Source: Camelus ferus
Lineage: Eukaryota
Length of the DNA: 64,000 bases
Reading direction: 5' to 3'
Assembly (NCBI RefSeq): GCF_009834535.1
Contig: NC_045696.1
Span: 52,020,001-52,084,000 of the forward strand
This document shows positions 12,451 to 25,930 of this stretch, in pieces. The notes beneath the pieces were generated by a model. That model was not told the DNA's origin. It saw only the letters and a list, made by a program, of their open reading frames with translations, and did not search any database. The first letter of the stretch is position 1; every line of letters starts with the position of its first letter. A program made the position numbers and the translations under genes.

Positions 12451-14324
12451 CTTGGGCTTTTATGAGTTGTCAATTCTCCAGTGAGAAAACCAAGTATCTC
12501 TTAGAAAATAGATTCTGCCTTAGCATAACTTGGACCTCATCATGGAACTCATATCCAATACTTCAATACAGATGTAAGAATATCTCAGTGAGACCTTGGG
12601 CTAGTTCTTACTCTCCTTTGTATCTGCCTTGTTTCTACTGGTAGTATACTTGTAGGCTTCACAAATGTAGGACCCACAGAGGTCTCCAAAAGTCTACATT
12701 CTAACTAGAAAAGCTATAGAAATTTCCTGAGATACCAAAGCAAGATTAAATGGGGTTAACTAATGGAGCTATTTTTGCAAATATATTTTTGCAAACATAT
12801 TTTAATCTTGAAATAGGTTCATAATTTATATATCTACTGAAAGGATTTTAATTATTCTATAGGACCTTAGTGTAACCTTATTGTCAAGTTGAATTAATCT
12901 GAAGCAATTATTTATATATTTATTATTTATACTTACAATGACATCAAATATTAAGCACTGAATCGGTATTCAATAAATGTTTCTTGATCCTTTATTGCGT
13001 GTAGAAATTTCAGTACTATGCTTCCGATAGGATGACACATGAATAAATCTTAATCTCTACTCTATGTTAGAATTTTTTTCTGTAATTGTTAATTTCACCT
13101 TTCTTGAATTCATACCAAATGACTTATTGTATTTGTTCCTCATGATAGCTGCCTTCTCTATGCTTAGTGTTTTTGCTACATTCTTAAGAGTAAATGGAAC
13201 ATGGACACTTTGCGATTAACTTTGTAATGTTTATTTTTTTATTTATGAGAAAGACTGAGGAGTTTTTTTTGTTTGTTTGTCTACACATCAAAAATCCACA
13301 ATGACATATAATCATACATAGCAATGTTCTTCTTAAGAATAAAAATTAAAGACAAAGTAGAATTCTTCATTTCAGAATGTAAAATTTCTTCTAAATTACT
13401 GATGGCCACTGGCCATTATGCCTGGCATCATGTTGACCTTATCACACATATTGCAAACTTGATGGCTTTAGCATCCTTAGGGTTGATATAGGATAATTCT
13501 GAAGATGACTATGGCTTTTTGTCTGCATTTCCAATTTGGTTAAATTTGAAGTTTCATTATTATTACCTAATTGAATTAAGTTTAACAATTTCTCTCAAAA
13601 ATCACCTTGAAGCTTCTACAAATAAGAAATTCAGGGCTATATAGTAGTCCTTTAGAATGAATAAATTTGTATAAACATGTGTTTTAAATTCTCATTTAAT
13701 AATGCATGGATTGCATGAAAAGTTGGGAAATTATACAGTGGATTCAGAGCTCTCTGGTAGTCACCTGAGCTCTTAAGGGATCTTCTTTGAGAAGCACACA
13801 CATCTGATGCATGTTATCCCCTCATTCAACTTGCAGAGCAGAGGCACCAGCATATATTCAAAGTGTACCTTATCCAAGTTGGTTATAAATAAGCATAAAG
13901 CACTCCATACAGAACTGGCAAAATTCCCATGCATACTGTGAAAATAAAGGAAATCAATAAAAAGGTACAATTATTTTAGCCCTACATGTAATTCATTGTG
14001 GGTGAGGTCACTTTCTCTCAAATATATATAAGTTTCTCCAAATACAGGTCAATGTTTGCTGGCTGATGAGAGAAAAGACCTATTTGGATTAAGTTTGCCC
14101 ATGTTCGTATTCATTTCTATATCATAGCAAAATACGTTTTATAAAATCATCAGATCTGCAGAAGAGGGTTCAAGCTGAGGCAGAGTGACAAGTACTGTTG
14201 ATTAAGAATAAGAAAACCTCTTAACTATCATAAGTATTCATTCTACGATTTCCTATTCTATTTTTTCTATTGGAAAGAAAGAAACAAAATAGTTTTACCT
14301 CCTTTTGTGAATAAGATGCACTAA

Positions 14325-14490
14325 AAACTTTTAGCTTGAGGTTGTATAGAAGATCAGAGTCTAACCTGATTATTTTACAATTAGGACACTGGGACACAGC
14401 AAAACTAAGTAGCTTCCTATCCCATGTCATGCAGTTAGTTCGTGGCAAGTCTTATTTAGGGTTGTTAACCCAGTGTTCTTTCTATTGAAC
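14325..14490 (-). mobile_element. MIR3-like SINE
   Basis: AGAAGATCAGAGTCTAACCTGATTATTTTACAATTAGGACACTGGGACACAG is a reverse MIR3 tail plus core. Confidence 0.55.
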
Positions 14491-15209
14491 AACTTTCCAC
14501 TGCTGTTTGGTTTTTCCTGAAGGATCTATGTATCATGTTATAATTTCATGTTGACTTCCACTGAAATTTCAGAGAAAGAAAAAGAGATATAAAGAAATTT
14601 GCTTTTAAGTATCCAAGTCACCAATTCAGGCAAAATTCCTATGTGCAATGGTCTAATGGTCAAATGGCCTATATGAGCTTGCATGCTCATTAAAAATGTA
14701 CACATCACAAAGTACAATTAATGTTCTAATTGACTAGAGTGACCGTGTATGTTCCTGTGGTTACCCAGACTATGCCATCCTAAATCTAAGAGGCACCCTG
14801 TATTTCTCTGAAAGTCAGCCCAGCATGAAAATACTGCCTACTTTATAGGAATAAGAGTGCAGGTGTACTCCTTGCTTTAAGAAGACTCAATAAGCCAAAT
14901 TCTGAACTTACCAAACAGATAAATTAGGGGGTGATTATTCACATTATAAAAGGATTCACCACAGGATGCTTTTAAATCATAAGCTGCTCTACTGCATTTT
15001 AAATAAGTTGATTTACAAAGCTTCCTTTATAAGCACTTTTCACAATCCAGAGTCCACGGTGACCTTATCTAAAGGCAGTGAGGGATCAGTTAGCATAAAG
15101 TCCTACCACTTATTACTTGCTAGGCCAAGACTCTTTTTCCATATGAAAGAGTAATTAGCACTGTAGTGCATTTTCGAAAAATTAATGAATCTTTCACTCC
15201 TGAAAAATT

Positions 15210-15450
15210 AAATATCTTCTGAGCATTTACTATGTGCCTGGCACGGTGCTAAGCATTTTACATAATGGTTTCATTTATTCCTCCTCGCCACAACTCTAGA
15301 AGATTAATACCATTATCCCAATTATAGATGAGAAAATTGGGACTCAGAGAAGTTAGAGATAAGTAACCTGACTAAGTTCATAAATAAGTTCAGCTAATAA
15401 ATGATGGTGCCAGAATTCCAAGCCAGAGCTCTTGCCCTTACATGCCTTAT
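15210..15450 (-). mobile_element. MIR SINE (near full length)
   Basis: TGAGCATTTACTATGTGCCTGGCACGGTGCTAAGCATTTTACA...ATAGATGAGAAAATTGGGACTCAGAGAAGTT. Confidence 0.85.
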
Positions 15451-15919
15451 AATACTGTTTCAGGTGAAATTAATGGTGTCCCTTACCTCTCACCTGACTA
15501 AGCACAGCTGTACTGTTATGTGCTATTCCAGTGCAGCAGTTCTGTCTCCAGCAACAGAGACCAGCCATGCGACCAGTAAACACACAGACGGAGAACTCAC
15601 TAAGAAGGATGCCTGTTCTGATTACTGCACTGCTATATTAAGCCAGAACCTACCTCCTTATAATTCCCACATATTATTGGTCCTGGTTTCGCTCTATAGT
15701 TACTGAAAACAATTATAATCTTATTTTCCTATAGCTATCATATTTCTCTCATAGTTTCTTATTTTTTAGGTAAAATTCTCCAGTTCTTTCAATCTTTTAT
15801 TTTACATAATGGGTATGCCTACTATTCAACATTATATTTTATTCTTTCTTGAAACCCATTCTTCTGCAACACTGAGAACTTATTCCATTTCTAAGCAGGT
15901 ATATAACTAACACATGCTT

Positions 15920-16195
15920 GAGAGAATGCATAGTATAGTGGTTAAGGGCACAGTTCCTGGAACTCATACTGCCTGAGTCTATTCAGATCCAAGCTTTACC
16001 ACTTAATATACCTGTTTCCTTGTGGATTTACTTAATCCCCTATGCTTCAGTTTGTTCCTTCAACTATGAAATGGCTATAGCAAAAGCACCTTCTTCATGA
16101 GGCATCTTGTGAAGATTGAAGGAGAGACTAAGTAGAACAACTAGGGTCCTGCCTCGCAGGTTGTAAATGCTATGAATGTTTGCCATTGTTATTGA
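15920..16195 (+). mobile_element. MIR SINE (near full length)
   Basis: tRNA-like head GCATAGTATAGTGGTTAAG, core CTTCAGTTT...TGAAATGG, tail AATGTTTGCCATTGTTATT. Confidence 0.8.
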
Positions 16196-16289
16196 TACTA
16201 CAAGAGTGGATGGACACAACTGCCTAGAAAAGTTGTGACCTACATCATTCTATGAAATTGACTTTATTGTCCAGATACAAAGAAATCTA

Positions 16290-16470
16290 GCTCTACTAGA
16301 AAAAGCACTTGACTGGAGACCAGAGACCTGCATCTACTCCCAGGTCTTTCACATACTCCAACCTGGGGATCTTGCACTAATCACTTTACCTACCTCGTAT
16401 GTTACACAGAGGAACAGGACCATACTTCTACGTCTGAAATGATACAATTTTATTCTAGGATTCTATGGTC
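16290..16470 (+). mobile_element. MIR3-like SINE
   Basis: AGAAAAAGCACTTGACTGGAGACCAGAGACCTG head and ATTCTAGGATTCTATG tail. Confidence 0.5.
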
Positions 16471-17989
16471 CTATTCCCTTAGGCCCTGCTTAAATTTCAT
16501 TACTAATTATGTTTGAAGACTACCATTAAAATGCTAACTTTTTATCTGAACATTTATATTAATCTTTGAGATTTCAAGCAACTCAACTGCATTATTTCCA
16601 TGACAGAGAATAAGCCTCTTAGATTCTATGGACAGATCTCCTGGAAAATGAAAGATATTACAATTGCATAGAAAAGAATTTAATGTTACTTTTGAGGTGA
16701 TAACCAAAAACCCTATTCTGTCATGTCAGCAGATACTGCCCTCTCACTGCCCCACCTGGGCTAGTCCATTTTCAATCATCTTGCTGAATCTCAGAGCAGT
16801 CCTTTGGGTAAACACGAATGCCAGGTTTGGATGGAACATCAAGTTGATACAATAATCATTAAATACTCTTTTCTACAAAGGGCATCCATGTTGGACTACT
16901 TCTTCCCTTCCAAAAATCACCTTATTCAGTGGTACGCATAACATTCAGCTAATTTAACTATGGCTGAATATGGCCATGCTGCTCATGTGCCTTCTCATTC
17001 ATCTCTAAATTTAATAAAGACCTGGTGTCAGCAGCAAACCAACTGTCTTCAAAGACAGTGTATCTATTCCAAAAAAGTAAATTCCATAAGGGGGCAAAGG
17101 GACAAGTACCCCAAATTCACTAATGACAAAATCTTTGATGTTTTAAACTGAGTGCATTTTAACAATGCATTTTTCTGTAAATACAAATGGTGTCACTGTA
17201 CTCCTAAAAGCTATGAAACATTATCATTTCTATTTCTAAAAATCTCTATGCTCAGAGTCAACATGTAAATGTAATTGCATTCTTAATTGCATGGACAGCT
17301 ATGATGTTTCAAATCTTACATACTAAATCAGTGCATTGAATGAATCTCCCCTACCAAACTTAGATGTGACCATTTCTGTTCTTATATAAAAACAGATGAA
17401 TATTTCAGGCCAATGTTCTATTTTTGATAATTGACTTATAGCACCTGTCTGAGCAGGTGGAAAGGTGACAACTTATTTCAGGATATCTACAATTTCCTAA
17501 CACTAATAGGGCCTTTAAATAATTCTGCTTAAATAATGTTTAACTTTCATTCTATCTGTAGCCCTTGTATTGTGAAGAAAAACTTGATGCTGAAATAAAG
17601 ATTTCAGTAAAAAGGATATGAGCTTTATATTCTAAAAGGTAGAAATATTAGGAAAAAAAAAACCCAAAGAAATGAAATCAGAAATTTTGGAACCTGGTTT
17701 TATTTCTTTCTATACATCAGAAAATATTCTGGCCTATCTACATTGAATTACTGAAAAACCATTACAATATTCTCAGATTGTCTGATGCTAACACTGCTAT
17801 ACCAGCTTTGTTTTGGTTAATGTTTGCATGATAATTCTGGCTGTGTTATAGCAGAACACAGAAGAAACAGTCATTTTTACATATATTACATTGCATCTGT
17901 ACAAAATCATCCCTTAAAATGCAACATTATTGCCTTTGAGAAAGACTTTATATAATATTCATTAAAAGGATTAAATCAACATTTTCATA

Positions 17990-18076
17990 GCACTTTAAGC
18001 TTTCCTAAGAACTTTCCTATTATTTCACCAAATAGGAAGAGAACTTTATAGTGGACAGTATTAATCCTACTTGACA

Positions 18077-18117
<41 letters not shown>

Positions 18118-18230
18118 GGCACAGAAAGGATAAACTGAGTTGTGTAAAGTCGGCAATTCTCAAGTGGAATCAAGCCAGACTCTGAACTTTGACCTTCTGT
18201 ATTGGAATCTCAATGCTCTTTCTACTATTC
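17990..18230 (-). mobile_element. Degenerate MIR containing a microsatellite
   Basis: Reverse MIR-like flanks (TTAATCCT...ACAGGTA; ACAGAAAGGATAAACTGAG; GGAATCAAGCCAGAC). Confidence 0.4.
18079..18117 (+). repeat. (TAA)13 microsatellite
   Basis: Perfect 39-bp trinucleotide run. Confidence 0.98.
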
Positions 18231-20829
18231 CCAAAGCAACTTTGCGAATGTACCTATCAGACTGCACTGACATATCAAGGATAAAGAAAACCCTTGATCT
18301 CTGTATACGATATTGTCCCCAGAAAATACAGAAAGCTACTAAAAACACCATGACATCAAAGAGTTTGGGAATACCTTTTGAATGTTTTAAATCTCAGTTA
18401 TATTGTAAAGTATTTTAAATCTTAAAAAGTTAAAGAATAGCACCAAATTTGAGTCTCTCCAAATTTGTAAGCCTTCAAAATCTAAGAAATCTAAAACAAA
18501 TTTCTAATTCCTGATTTATAAGCCCTCAAGAAGGAAATTTATAGCAAAACCAGAGACAAAGCCCTTCCAACGGTGCCTGTGACGCCATGGATATACAAGT
18601 CTGCCCCATTTTATAGTACACAAAGAAGACTGGAATTCAGCTGTTATCAGAGATAATAATAAACTTCTGCTAGTGAGTCAGTCTCCCAGCTTCGTATTTA
18701 CATTCCCACTGTCAGTAAGAGTTTTTAAGTTAAACATTTTTTAAAGGAAAAATTCAATAAACAACATTTATATTACTAACAGCATGTTTTCATTGCTTTG
18801 GTGATAAAATATCTGATTTTTTTTTTAAGACTGCTCTCTTCTTTCTCTTTTGTCCATCTCTTAGCTTCCTCACTACAACCCTTGCCCCCTCTCCACACTT
18901 GTTCTTTCCCTGAAGCTTCAGGGAAGAGGGCTGCAAACTGCCTGGATGCCTGGACCCTCACGCTTCTGAGATTAAACCCAGACCCACCCATGGCATGGGT
19001 CCCGTTCTTTGTCTGAAGCCAGCATCTGATCGAGTCAGATATGGAGTTATTATCAAATTGAACATGAAGCCTGTATTCTTTGCTGTTTGTATCAAAAAAG
19101 TATGATATTTATATATTTGTATTTTAAAAAGTCTATCTAATAAACTCCTCCAAATAAAATGGTCTCTTTATATTTTCACCTTATTTCCTCATTCCATTCT
19201 TAAAGCCACAGTGAAAGGAAATATGTTGTGGTCACTCCAAAATATTATTTTCCACTGTCAGTTAAGGTCTAGTTTGGGCAAAGTTAAGCAATAATTTCTA
19301 GTTTTTATTTAGGGATATGAGTTACCATTTACCTATAGATGTTATTTGGCCTGATGACGGGTCTTTGGAGTGATACTTATGCTTGCCATGTCCTTGAAAT
19401 TATGTTGTGGGTGTCAGGAAGGTTTTTGTAAAGCTAATTTTCTTCCAATACCGTTTTATTCCCACAGGGAGTAAACAAGATGGAAGGGTACTTTTCCCTC
19501 AAAATACGGCTTATAACATTGACCAGGGGATTTAAATGTAGCTTTACAATTCTCAACTTGGTCTCCTGGGAACAGCTTTTATAGATTTAGATTTTTTTTA
19601 TGTCATAAAGTATTCTATTTATTTCTCAGCAGCTGGTGTCAAAAAAGTTGTTGTTGTGTTTTTTTAATATTCCTTTTAAATAAATAAAATCTGTTTTCAT
19701 ATTGTGTAAAATTAGTTTTGCCTGCTGTGAGTTTGTGGCATTATGAAGTGATCATTTCTTCCCATGAATTATTTAAAGTGAGGATATCAAAATCTGATGG
19801 AACAGTACAATGCACTATACAATACAATTTAATTTTATAATATACCAGTTCATACCTAGTATCACACGATGCATAGCAGTTGCAACACATTGGTTCAGAA
19901 TTAGCAAATCACATCTATGCCCCCTCAGTTTCTTATTTTAGTATCTGAGAGGCAATTCTAAATTTTCCAGTGGGCTGGAAAATCTCCCCATATTTGGCAA
20001 CACATAGATAACCAAATACATTTTTGCTAACTACTCATGCAGGGCACTGATGTTTAATTAGCCCGGGTGATATTTAGCATTTAAAAAAAAATTCTTTAAG
20101 ACTGAATTTGACAGTTGTTCACCCTCTCATTACAAACACTACTGACATATCTGCATTTCCTCTGGATTTTTCTGATCACTTTGTCTTATGGGACAAATGA
20201 ATCTATGTAACCGCAATTATTCTCACTACTTATTCTTACTATAGAGTTTGTAGAGGAAGGGAAACAAGAATCCACTCAAATTCCCCACTGTACTTATAGG
20301 ACTTACAGTAAAGCTGCTACTAACTTTTAAGGGAAGTGAGGTGGCATGAATGAATTACTAATAAATAGGGAAAGGCATGATTATAAGCTGGAAAAAGGTT
20401 TGAATCAAGGAAAGAGAAAAGAGTATCTTGTATATCATATCTGTGTTGTAATAAATTATAGCCAAAATACTACCCTGATTTTTTCAAGTGGATTTTGTAG
20501 CACTCCATAAAAGAAATTATGTCTGATTAACTCACTATAGTGAAAGGAGGGAGTTAGTGTATGCCATTTAAACATTCAAATAGCCTCTGACAAAATTCTA
20601 CCAGAAAGATACAAAAAATGAAACTCACCAGGACACAGCATATTATGGGATGCCAGAGGCTGTTTTCCACAGCAATAAACTGGCTTAAAGCACAGAATAG
20701 AAATTAGTAAGCACTTCTTTTGTGAGGTCCACAAGTTACGAACTGAACAGTTGTAACACACCCAAAATTAAACTCCTGAGTCCACAGCAGCCTTTTTGTC
20801 ACCTCCTCCCCCAACCAAACTGCATTTCC

Positions 20830-22145
20830 CTCTGCTCAGTGAAAGGTGCCGCCTTTCATCCTGATCAACAGATCAGGCCAAACGTCAGGAGCCTAGGGAT
20901 CCCTTTTGCCTCACTTAACACATCTAATTCATCAATAGTCCCCATTAACTCAACCCAAAAAAGTATATTCCAAACCAAACTATTTCTCGCCATGTCTCTA
21001 TGGCCAGCCCAAAACATTGTTCTCTCTTAACTGGTCTCCTAATTGATTTCTCTGTTTTCATTTTTGCCTCTTACAACCTATTATCTAAACAGAAGCCAGA
21101 GTGGTCTTGAAATCAAGGCAGATCATACCATTCCCTTGTATAAAATCCACAAAGTACATATGTTGCAATAGTAATGGTATTCAAATTCAAAACTTTAGCC
21201 AATAAGTACCTCCATTATCTGTTCCTGCCCACCTGTCTGATCTTATTTCCCGCCACTCTTCACTTATTCACTGTGCTTCTGCCTCAGTGACCCAATATGT
21301 CCCTCAAACAAGCCAGGCCTAATCCTACTCTCCCTACTCTAGGGGATAGCTGAGTCCTCATTACTCTTAGCTGAAACATCCCTTCACAGAGAGGTCTTCC
21401 TTTACCTTATCAAGGTATCCAAAGCATCCCCAGTTCACTCTATGCTGCTCTATTTTCCTTTTAGAATGAATTTTAGCATCTTCCTCATTTATATATTGTG
21501 TGTGTGTTGGGGGTAGGGTGTAGTCTCTATCAGAGTGCAAATTCCATTAGAATGAGGTTCTCAGTCATATTGCTATATTAACTATCTCTTACTGCATAAC
21601 AAACTATCCCCAAACTTAGCAGCTTTAAAAAACACTTAATATCTCATGGTTTCTGTGGGCCAGGAATCTGTGAGCAGCATAGCTAGGTGTCTCTGGGTCA
21701 AAGTTCAACGTTCCTTATGAGGTTGTGATCAAACTGTCAGCTAGGGCTGTGGTTTGAACTGAAAACCACATTCCAAATTCACTCACTTGGTTGTTGGCAG
21801 GCCTTAGTCCTTTGTCAGGTGGGTGTCTCCACAGGGCTGCCTCGTGACATGGCATTTGGATTTCCCCAGAGAAAGCAACACAGGAAAGAGTGAGAGAGGC
21901 ATTCAAGATTAAAGCCATGGTCTTTTTTAAAATTAATCTTGGAAGTACCATCCCATTATTTTTGTCCTTTTTACAAATGAGTCACTAGGTCCAGTCAATA
22001 CTAAAGGAGAGGGGGCTACACAAGGAGGTGGGATATAGGATATGGAGATTGCTGGGAGGCATCTTGGAAGCTGCCTATCACAGCTGATTACCATGTACTC
22101 TCAGTGTGCAGAATAATTCCTGGAATTTAATAAATGAATGAATAT
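20830..22145 (+). mobile_element. L2 3' region, interrupted by an MLT1 LTR (21570-22082)
   Basis: L2 motifs CAGAAGCCAGAGTGGTCTT, CAGATCATACCATTCCCTTG and CAGAGAGGTCTTCC. The terminal TAAATGAATGAAT resumes after the LTR. Confidence 0.75.
21570..22082 (-). mobile_element. MaLR solo LTR (MLT1E/F/G-like)
   Basis: The minus strand begins TGTGATAGGCAGCTTCCAAGATG and contains GCCATGTCACGAGGCAGCCCTGTGGAG and AAGTTTGGGGATAGTTTGTTATGCAG. Confidence 0.8.
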
Positions 22146-22319
22146 AAAATGAATCTCCCACAGATTAGTACTGGAACCTGTCCTAATTCAACATTTTGCC
22201 AATGATGAAGGAAAGTAGTGAATAAAATCTCACTCAGAGTAGTGACATTTGAGCCATTTAAACCAAAGAGATAACCACTAGTAAAATCAGGTTGTGTCAG
22301 TAAGCAAAAAGTAGCAATA

Positions 22320-22456
22320 CAGCCTCAGCTTCTTCATCTGTAAAATACAGAAAGTAGTTGTACCATATTGGAGATTTAATGAGGTAACTCATATGAAATA
22401 TTTAATATAGGGCCTCACAAACCAAGGGTGTTGGATAAATATTAGTTATTATTCTT
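22320..22456 (+). mobile_element. MIR 3' half
   Basis: GCCTCAGCTTCTTCATCTGTAAAAT core and ATAAATATTAGTTATTATT tail. Confidence 0.75.
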
Positions 22457-22996
22457 TTTTTAATTGAAGTATAATCAGTTATAATGTGTCAATTTCTAGT
22501 GTACAGCATAATGTCCCAGTCATGCATGTATCTATCCATATCTATCTATATATATAAATATGTATATCTATATATACACATATATGTATATCTATATATA
22601 CACATATATTTGTTTTCATATTCTTTTTCATTAAAGGTTACTACAAGATATTGAATATAGTTCCCTGTGCTATACAGAAGAAATTTGTTTTTTAATCTAT
22701 TTTTACATGTAATGGTTATCATTTGCAAATCTCAAACTCCTCAATTTATCCCTTCCCATCCCCTTTTCGTCAATAACTGTAAAATTTTTTACTATGTCTG
22801 TGAGCCTGTTTCTGTTTTGTAGATGAGTTCATTGGTGTCTTTTCTCTATTTTTTTTCAGATTCCATATATGAGTGATATCATATGGTATTTTTCTTTCTT
22901 TTTCTGGCTTATTTCACTTAGAATGATGATCTCCAGGTCCACCCATATTGCTGCAAATGGCATTATTTTATTCTTTTTTATCACTAAGTAGTATTC
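22457..22996 (-). mobile_element. 5'-truncated lineage-specific L1 3' end (camelid-type) with TSD
   Basis: T-tract then AATTGAAGTATA...GTACAGCATAATG...CTACAAGATATTGAATATAGTTCCCTGTGCTATACAG. Flanked by AGTTATTATTCTT (22444-22456) and AGTTTTTATTCTT (22997-23009), 12/13 identical. Confidence 0.85.
22561..22608 (+). repeat. 2 x 24-bp TA-rich tandem duplication inside the L1
   Basis: TGTATATCTATATATACACATATA repeated exactly twice. Confidence 0.9.
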
Positions 22997-23472
22997 AGTT
23001 TTTATTCTTAATGAGGGTAAAAGCAAGGCAAGTGCTCTTGAGGGAAATAATACAAATCATATTTTTAAGATGATTTGAGATATCAGATTCAGTCAAAAAA
23101 ACACTTGAACTGTTTACTAATAATATTAGCTTAATATGAACCTGTAGCCAATAAGACATCATGGAGATGTCTTTCGATCTATTTATTAATGTCTCCTTTT
23201 GCAACCAAATATGCAGGAGGGATCACAGCTTTGATAAAGCCACTCTAAAAACATGAGTAGCATTCCTATAAGATGTTATCATTCCTGTCCTATTAGTGAC
23301 AGAGTGGCAATCACTGTTCTCCTGCTGGTCTTCATGGAGAATCAGTATTAACTGGCCATTTGCAAATATCTTTCTATACATTAGTGAACTTTAGCTTTCT
23401 GCACTTTGACTACTAAATATTCCAAAGATATATCCACCATTTTGAGAACAAAACAGTTTCTCCAATACCCAG

Positions 23473-23939
23473 TGTTGTGAGTTGAATGCTGGCCCTGTAA
23501 AAGATATGCCTACATCTCAATCTCCAGAAGCTAGGAATGTGGCCTTATTTGGACAAAGGGTCTTTGCAGATCTAATTAGGTTAAGGACCTCTAGAGGAGA
23601 TCATCTTGGATTATCCAGGTTTATCATCCTGGATTATCCTAAATATGATGACAGCCTTTATAAGAGACAGAGGAAAAGACACAGACACAAAGGGAAGGCC
23701 ATGTGAAGAAGGAAGCATAGACTGCAGTTATACAGCCACAAGCCAAGGACTGCATGGAGACACCAGAAGTTGGAAGAGCCAGTAATTCTGCCCTCACGCC
23801 TTCAGATTGGGTGTGGCCCTGATGATTCACTGAGCTCAGATTTCTGATTTCTGGCCTCCAGAACTGTGAGAGACTACTCTGTTGTTTTAAGCCATCAAGT
23901 TTGTGGTATTTGTTATAACAACCTTAGAAAACTAATATA
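23473..23939 (+). mobile_element. MaLR solo LTR (MLT1C/D-like)
   Basis: Starts TGTTGTGAGTTGAAT. Contains GGGTCTTTGCAGAT, TTCTGGCCTCCAGAACTGTGAGA and TTTAAGCCATCAAGTTTGTGGTATTTGTTA. Ends GAAAACTAATATA. Confidence 0.88.
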
Positions 23940-23964
23940 CCTGGAACAAATAATTGTTTTGCAG

Positions 23965-24210
23965 AAGGGTAATAGAATGGATTAGAAAAAACATTTAAGC
24001 AAGACAAACTCAGAATTAAACCTAGATTTTCTCTATGTAAGTTGTGTGATATAAAAAAAAGCAAGTTACTTTATATCCCTGATCTTCAGGCTCCTCATTA
24101 GTAAAAGGATTGTAAATTCTTATGTGGAATCACTGTGGGATATAGAGATATGTAAAATACTTCACTTGCTGTAAGCATTACAACAGCAAAATACTCTGAT
24201 CAATATTCAA
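23965..24210 (+). mobile_element. MIR SINE
   Basis: GCAAGTTACTTTA...CTTCAGGCTCCTCATTAGTAAAA core. Confidence 0.55.
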
Positions 24211-24999
24211 TACTCGATTAGCCCGTTAATAATAAATTCAAAAGTGTGTTACATATCTATAAAAGTTAAAAACTGCTGTTTTCCTTGAAAAATCAACATT
24301 TTAGCAAGGTATTAATTAAAGCATAAGGGGTTGATTAATGTGGAAACTGGTTGTGCAATACCAAACGTTTCAACAAACCTTTATTTCAAATCGACTATTC
24401 ATGCCATTTTAAGCAACCTCCTTGGTTGTCAGTGGAGCCATATTCAGTCAGGTTTCTTTATTGTCTCATCTTTAATATCTTCCTTAGTTTCTTATAGACA
24501 AATCATGGAAAGCAATGCCAGAGTATTACTGGAAGATACATGCATCTAGCTTGGGCTTAAGACAGTCAAATGTGGGAAGCAAAGATTGTGATAGTAGAAT
24601 TTTCCTAAATGTTAGTCTAAGAAAATTGACAACAGCATAATAATCTCTAGGCCAAGGTTGTCAAATTCATACCATTCATGAACACCTTCGGTTATCCCTG
24701 ACATTAAGGCAGACAAAAAAACAAATGGAGATCTAACAATAATTTTCCTGGAAGAACAATATAAGAATCATGCAGTTCGGGTATTTCATATTCCAGAATA
24801 ACTCCTTAATACTAGAAAACTGGGACTCTAGTGAGAGCTATTCAAAACATACACAACAGAAGTGAAATAAATTTTCAAGAATTGCTATGTTTCACTTTTC
24901 TAAGGACAAACTTGGCAAATATACAAAAATTAAAAATTAAAGTGAAAACATGTAATAGATTAGCTATAATTTATTTGTGGCCATTTAAATGTATTTATT

Positions 25000-25930
25000 T
25001 CTTCATTCACTCGTTCAGTCTCTCAACAATTATTTATTAAATGCTTAGGAAATACCAGGCATTATGTTAGATGCTAGAGATACAGCCTTGAAAGAAATAT
25101 ACCATTCTCTATCTTAAGGGAGATTTAGGTAAAATGATCATTAAAATAAAACACACATCATAGGAGTACAATGGAAGGCAATTCTAATTAGTTGGAGAGT
25201 GAGGGGAGCCACTCAAAGAAAATAAGCTTTGAGGTTTGCTAAGTTATTTCAGTAGGACAAATCCTGGGAAAATGGAGAGGCATTCCAAACAGAGGAGAAG
25301 ACATTTGCAAAGACCAGAAATGAGAGTGAGGTGGTGCACTGAAGGAATGAAAAGAAGTTCAGTATAATTGGAGCCTAGAAAGCTAGGGAAAAAGTGGTAT
25401 AAGTCAGGGTAGAAGACGAAACAGGGGCAGGATTGAAGTGAATATTAAGAACATCAGGAGAATGTTATAAAAACTTAGAAGAGATAAGGCGGTACCTTAG
25501 TCTAGAGTGGTAGCTTTGGTATGGAGAAGAGTAAACAGGTTTAAAATAGACCTAGGAGGAAGATCAAGAGAACTTGGAGACTGAATGAATGTGGGGACAA
25601 CAGGAGATATGGAGAAGGTAAGGATAATGCTAGATTTCTAGTGTAAACAATTATGTAGCAACACTGAAGGTAAGGGCACTTCTGTAGAGAAGATTGAGTT
25701 TCCTTTGGGATATGTTGACTTTGCGGTGTCTATGGGTAATCAAGAAAAGAAGTCTAGGAAGTAGTACTTAGAGATAAGTACGAGCTGGAGAGAAAAATGT
25801 GGTGGTCATCCATATGAAGATACTAATCGAAGCTATAGAAGTAAGTGAGATTGACCAGGAGTTCTGTCCAAAGTGATGAAAGAGCCTAGCAGGCACTCCT
25901 CAGAACCTTAATACTTCAAAGGTTAAATAA
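25000..25930 (-). mobile_element. L2 3' region
   Basis: Starts TTCATTCACTCGTTCA...CAACAATTATTTATT...CCAGGCATTATGTTAGATGCTAGAGATACAG (reverse L2 tail), followed by a purine-rich L2 body. Confidence 0.8.

Larger units (their letters stand above)
22150..23330 (+). mobile_element. L3/CR1 fossil split by MIR and L1 insertions (pieces ~22150-22260 and ~23010-23330)
   Basis: The first piece encodes a frameshifted PQ..VLEPVL FNI..ND (GVPQGSVLGPVLFNIFIND). The second has N.GKSK..VL and LNMN-like motifs (FN..KCKVLHLG; KLNMSQQC), in collinear order. Confidence 0.55.

Noticed and set aside
16943..16969. Hairpin ATTCAGCTA...TGGCTGAAT
   Set aside because: A 9-bp stem with a wobble and no longer precursor structure.
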